Positions 60,791 through 64,000 of a stretch of DNA of 64,000 nucleotides are shown piece after piece (within the stretch, counting starts at the first letter, position 1; each line of letters starts with the position of its first letter). The notes beneath the pieces are model-generated. The model was not told the DNA's origin. It made no database searches and saw only the letters and a list, made by a program, of their open reading frames with translations. The stretch covers positions 1,472,001-1,536,000 of the forward strand of contig OZ240245.1 in the NCBI GenBank assembly GCA_965198175.1, written 5' to 3'. The position numbers were made by a program, and so were the translations under genes. The DNA is from Candidatus Poribacteria bacterium (GTDB lineage Bacteria > Poribacteria > WGA-4E > PCPOR2b).

Positions 60791-61132
60791 TCAGAACTCA
60801 GCTAGTGCTGCTTCTTCAGAAGCGAAAACATCAATACTTTGGGTCAGACCAATCACGTCAAAGATTTCCCGTGTTTGGTCGGAGGGGTGCGCTACACGCA
60901 GAACCTGACCTGTGTTACGTGTTTGCCAAATCAACTTGACGATGAGACCGAAGCCGCTGCTTGTGATGAAACACTGTCGATTGAAGTTAATCAGGATTTT
61001 GGTCAATCCCTCGATGTGTACCTGCTGATATGCGATGTTCATCTCCTTTTCCGAGTCTTGTGTTAGGGAACCTGTCACATCATATATCGCAACGTCCCCA
61101 ACTTTCCTGACTGAGATGTGGGTTCTTGGCAC
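60791..61132 (-). CDS. STAS domain anti-sigma factor antagonist
   Basis: FITSSGFG phospho-Ser motif; IFDVIGL..SEEAALAEF. Confidence 0.9.
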   Translation of the reverse strand: MPRTHISVRKVGDVAIYDVTGSLTQDSEKEMNIAYQQVHIEGLTKILINFNRQCFITSSGFGLIVKLIWQTRNTGQVLRVAHPSDQTREIFDVIGLTQSIDVFASEEAALAEF

Positions 61133-61198
61133 ATGCTTCTCCTCTTGGTTGTGTTTTCTCTAATCGAGATTTCAGCGGCTTAGTTCTGATTTTGTGCG

Positions 61199-63022
61199 TC
61201 ACACATCATGCTTAACATTTGGCGTTTGTGGGAGTCCGGGCTCGACATACAACGTCTTTTCGCGCGTATATGTCACAAATCCGGGGGCGCTCCCCTTGGG
61301 TTTAACGACATACCGCGCCCAAGTATAATCAACCGGCGCATAGCTGGTATGACGCGCCTTGCTGAAGAATGCTGCAATTTGGGCGGCTTGTAGGAGTGTT
61401 GGCATGGGAATATCAGGTCTGTTTTCAGGATTTCGGATAATCACGTGTGAACCGTGGATCTGTTTGGCGTGAAGCCACATATCCCGAGCGGTAGCAATTC
61501 GGCGGAGTAGGAGATCATTCTCCTTGCTATTCCGCCCCACGTACATTTGAAAACCGTTAAGCGAGGTAAACTTCCGAAATGTAGTCTCACTTATCCCCTT
61601 CTTCTTCCCCTGTTTTCCTGATTTTATCCACCCCTTTTTCGCAAACTCTGAACGAATTGCGAGAAGTTCCTCCAGTGTGCTCGCCTTCTCAACTTCTAAC
61701 GCATAAGCTCGTAATACCTCTTGTTCCGCTTTGTTATCAGCGATTAACTGATCGATAACCGACAGCCCACGTTTTGCCTTTGTATACCGTTTGAAGTATT
61801 GCTGGACATTTTCAGATGGACTGCGTTGCGGATTGAGTTCAATCTTAAGAGGACTCAGTTTGGGACTGTAATAGTTCTGCACTTCAACGCACGTTTGCCC
61901 CCGTTTGAGACAGTGTAGATTTGCCGTGAGAAGCTCACCCTTTATCCGATAGTCATCAGCCTTTTCTGAATCCGCCAAATCCTTATGCAGTAAGATTAGC
62001 TTCCGTTCAATGGCAACGCTAAGTCTGTCTAAGACTTGGTTCAATGTATGTCGCTCTAATTTAATTGCCTCAACACGGGCAATCGTGTCGTAGTAGGCGC
62101 TCAAAGCTTCACTCATCGTTTCAAATGGTATGCTTTCCGTATGCGGAAATTGGCGCAACTGCAGCGCAGATACGGCAACCAGTTCATTGTTATCGTTCAG
62201 TAACCCGAGCGTCGCCCCAGGTTCAGACATAACGGCATCAGCAGGACTGGAGTCTTGATCGGAACTCGTGGCGCAGAGGGAGTTCGCAATCAATACCTGT
62301 GGCTGGCTGTGCACTGGGTTAAACGGTACAATAATCTGCTGGTATGCCTCCCACAATTGATTGGGAGTCGGACTATCGCCGGCGCGGACGATTATTTCTT
62401 TAGCGAGCGTTGGACTTAAACCATCAATCCCATTGAATAGGAATCTCCAGTTAAGTTCTTTCTGATTCTCAATCAGGGAGGCGACAATCTCGTAATTCAG
62501 TGTTAGCGGATGCAACTTCTCCTGCCTCGGTGGAGGTGTGTAATGTAGACCGGGCAAAATCTCACGATACCGACTTAGCGTTCCGTCAATATGCTTGATG
62601 CTCTCAAGGATTTTGCCGGTGGCTTCGTCAATCAGAATGATATTACTGTGTTTGCCCATAAACTCTGCGATGATTGACCGGGGAGACGACTCGATAACAT
62701 CGGTTTTAAGTTCGATAGTAATTTTAAGCACGCGATCCCAGCCGATCTGTTCGATGGCTGCGATTCTTCCACGGGTGATATGCTTCATCAAGAAATTCGC
62801 GAAGTGGGATTCTTCTTGCCCCTTCAAAGGACGTTCAATCAGATGCGTTCGCGCCTGAACGGGATGTGCTGAAATGAGCAGGCGGTAGGTTTCGGCTTTC
62901 TGAGAAACCTTCAGCGTAATACTCTGGCGATCCAACTGCTCGACATGACGAATCTGGCCATTGAGAATCGTATCATGAAGTTCATGAACCACAAGATGCA
63001 AAGCCAAACTATCGAAAGACAT
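61199..63022 (-). CDS. rqcH: Ribosome quality control factor RqcH (FbpA/NFACT family)
   Basis: MSFDS, WDRVL, EFMGKHSNIIL, GELLTANL, VGRNSKEND, WLHAKQIHGSHV, KPKGSAPGFVTY. Confidence 0.93.
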   Translation of the reverse strand: MSFDSLALHLVVHELHDTILNGQIRHVEQLDRQSITLKVSQKAETYRLLISAHPVQARTHLIERPLKGQEESHFANFLMKHITRGRIAAIEQIGWDRVLKITIELKTDVIESSPRSIIAEFMGKHSNIILIDEATGKILESIKHIDGTLSRYREILPGLHYTPPPRQEKLHPLTLNYEIVASLIENQKELNWRFLFNGIDGLSPTLAKEIIVRAGDSPTPNQLWEAYQQIIVPFNPVHSQPQVLIANSLCATSSDQDSSPADAVMSEPGATLGLLNDNNELVAVSALQLRQFPHTESIPFETMSEALSAYYDTIARVEAIKLERHTLNQVLDRLSVAIERKLILLHKDLADSEKADDYRIKGELLTANLHCLKRGQTCVEVQNYYSPKLSPLKIELNPQRSPSENVQQYFKRYTKAKRGLSVIDQLIADNKAEQEVLRAYALEVEKASTLEELLAIRSEFAKKGWIKSGKQGKKKGISETTFRKFTSLNGFQMYVGRNSKENDLLLRRIATARDMWLHAKQIHGSHVIIRNPENRPDIPMPTLLQAAQIAAFFSKARHTSYAPVDYTWARYVVKPKGSAPGFVTYTREKTLYVEPGLPQTPNVKHDV

Positions 63023-63199
63023 GGTGCATACCTCTTAAGCAGTCAGCAAAGAATGCCAGGGTTTCTCCAAGAAAATATGCAAACGATTGTTGAATTGTGT
63101 GTCGTGTGTTGCGAAAAAAACACTTTATACACGCTGCGTTTACAGATTGGATTTTTATTGGGGATTCCTGAAAGCTGTCGTTAATACAATCGTTCCAGA

Positions 63200-64000
63200 T
63201 TATTTTTTACTGTCCAATCCCAATCGTCCAGCCAAATCGTCGACGAATTGCCGGGCGACGCGACCCGATCGTCCGCTTGATGCAGCTTCCCATTTCAAGG
63301 CTGCACGATGTAGTTCGTCCATCGGAAAAGACAGGCCTTCCTTTTGGGCATAATGCGAAACAATTTGTAGATAAGTATCTTGCGGGATGCGATAGAAAAC
63401 GAGCCGTAACCCAAATCGATCGCTCAAGGAGACTTTCTCCTCGGTTGTTTCACGCGGATATAACTCATCTTGATCACTGCTTGGGAACTGATTTTCGTGG
63501 ACCTGTCGAGGCATCAGATGTCGGCGATTTGACGTTGCATAAATAAGTGTGTTATCAGGGCGGGCGGCGATGCCACCTTCCAGCATGGCTTTCAGCTCTC
63601 TGTATGCCGCCTCCCCTTCGCTGAAGGAAAGGTCATCGCAATAGAGGATATATCGTTCAGGACGTCCCCATAACAGATCCGTAATCTCCTGCAGGTGTAG
63701 AAGACCCTCTTTATTCACTTCGATGAGCCGCAAACCGTCCGACGCGTAGCGATGGAGTATACCCTTGACGAGTGACGATTTACCTGTGCCGCGATCGCCC
63801 CAGAGTAAGACATGGTTCGCTGGTAAACCCTGGAGAAATTGTAAAGTGTTCCGATTCAAGATTTCAATCTGTCGTTCAATGTCAATCAGATCAGCGATGT
63901 CAACGAGATCAGGTCGTTTGACAGGAATCAACTGCCCCCACCCATCGTGGTTTCTCCACCTAAAAGCGATGTATTTATCGAGGGAATCGGGGGCATTTTC
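63200..64000 (-). CDS. DUF815 family AAA+ ATPase (5'-partial, runs off window)
   Basis: GDRGTGKSS, CDDLSF, YATSNRRHL, EEKVSLSDRFGL, RSGRVARQF; frame open to the window end. Confidence 0.93.
   Translation of the reverse strand, partial: ENAPDSLDKYIAFRWRNHDGWGQLIPVKRPDLVDIADLIDIERQIEILNRNTLQFLQGLPANHVLLWGDRGTGKSSLVKGILHRYASDGLRLIEVNKEGLLHLQEITDLLWGRPERYILYCDDLSFSEGEAAYRELKAMLEGGIAARPDNTLIYATSNRRHLMPRQVHENQFPSSDQDELYPRETTEEKVSLSDRFGLRLVFYRIPQDTYLQIVSHYAQKEGLSFPMDELHRAALKWEAASSGRSGRVARQFVDDLAGRLGLDSKK

Noticed and set aside
1..64000. CRISPR array, rRNA, integrase, retron/DGR or defence operon
   Set aside because: No regularly spaced repeats, rRNA, recombinase, RT or nuclease motifs were seen.

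Overview
64-kb bacterial chromosomal window, most likely from Candidatus Poribacteria. This is an inference from the C-terminal 'PVEPGGKLAMIWGGIKAQ' motif, an 'LPEGAIARLGKG'-type WD40 protein, and PhyH and GH127-like genes. In order, the window carries: secreted and outer-membrane genes (a PorV-like barrel, an OmpA/MotB-domain lipoprotein); a DUF2089-SHOCT-DUF4097 operon; ureEFG without urease subunits; a core-MetE-like enzyme; a TPR/propeller protein; a GH127-like protein; a VWA protein; tilS-hpt; a TsdA-like diheme cytochrome c; a divergent citrate-synthase-fold gene with icd and mdh; and gltB without gltD. Next come a beta/gamma-crystallin protein, an 11-residue-repeat-extended flotillin and a Zn-finger/CBM-insertion protein, then an 11-subunit complex I (nuoABCDHIJKLMN, no nuoEFG) whose NuoI carries an inserted domain, and tRNA-Gln and tRNA-Glu. 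A variable region follows, with RecQ, a gene split by a decayed IS630 element with a 3-bp TSD, an orphan copy of the 3' end of the ELM1-like gene, a WD40 gene and two tandem paralogues. The window ends with ELM1-like, STAS, RqcH and a partial DUF815 ATPase gene. All family calls come from motif recognition only; no database searches were run.
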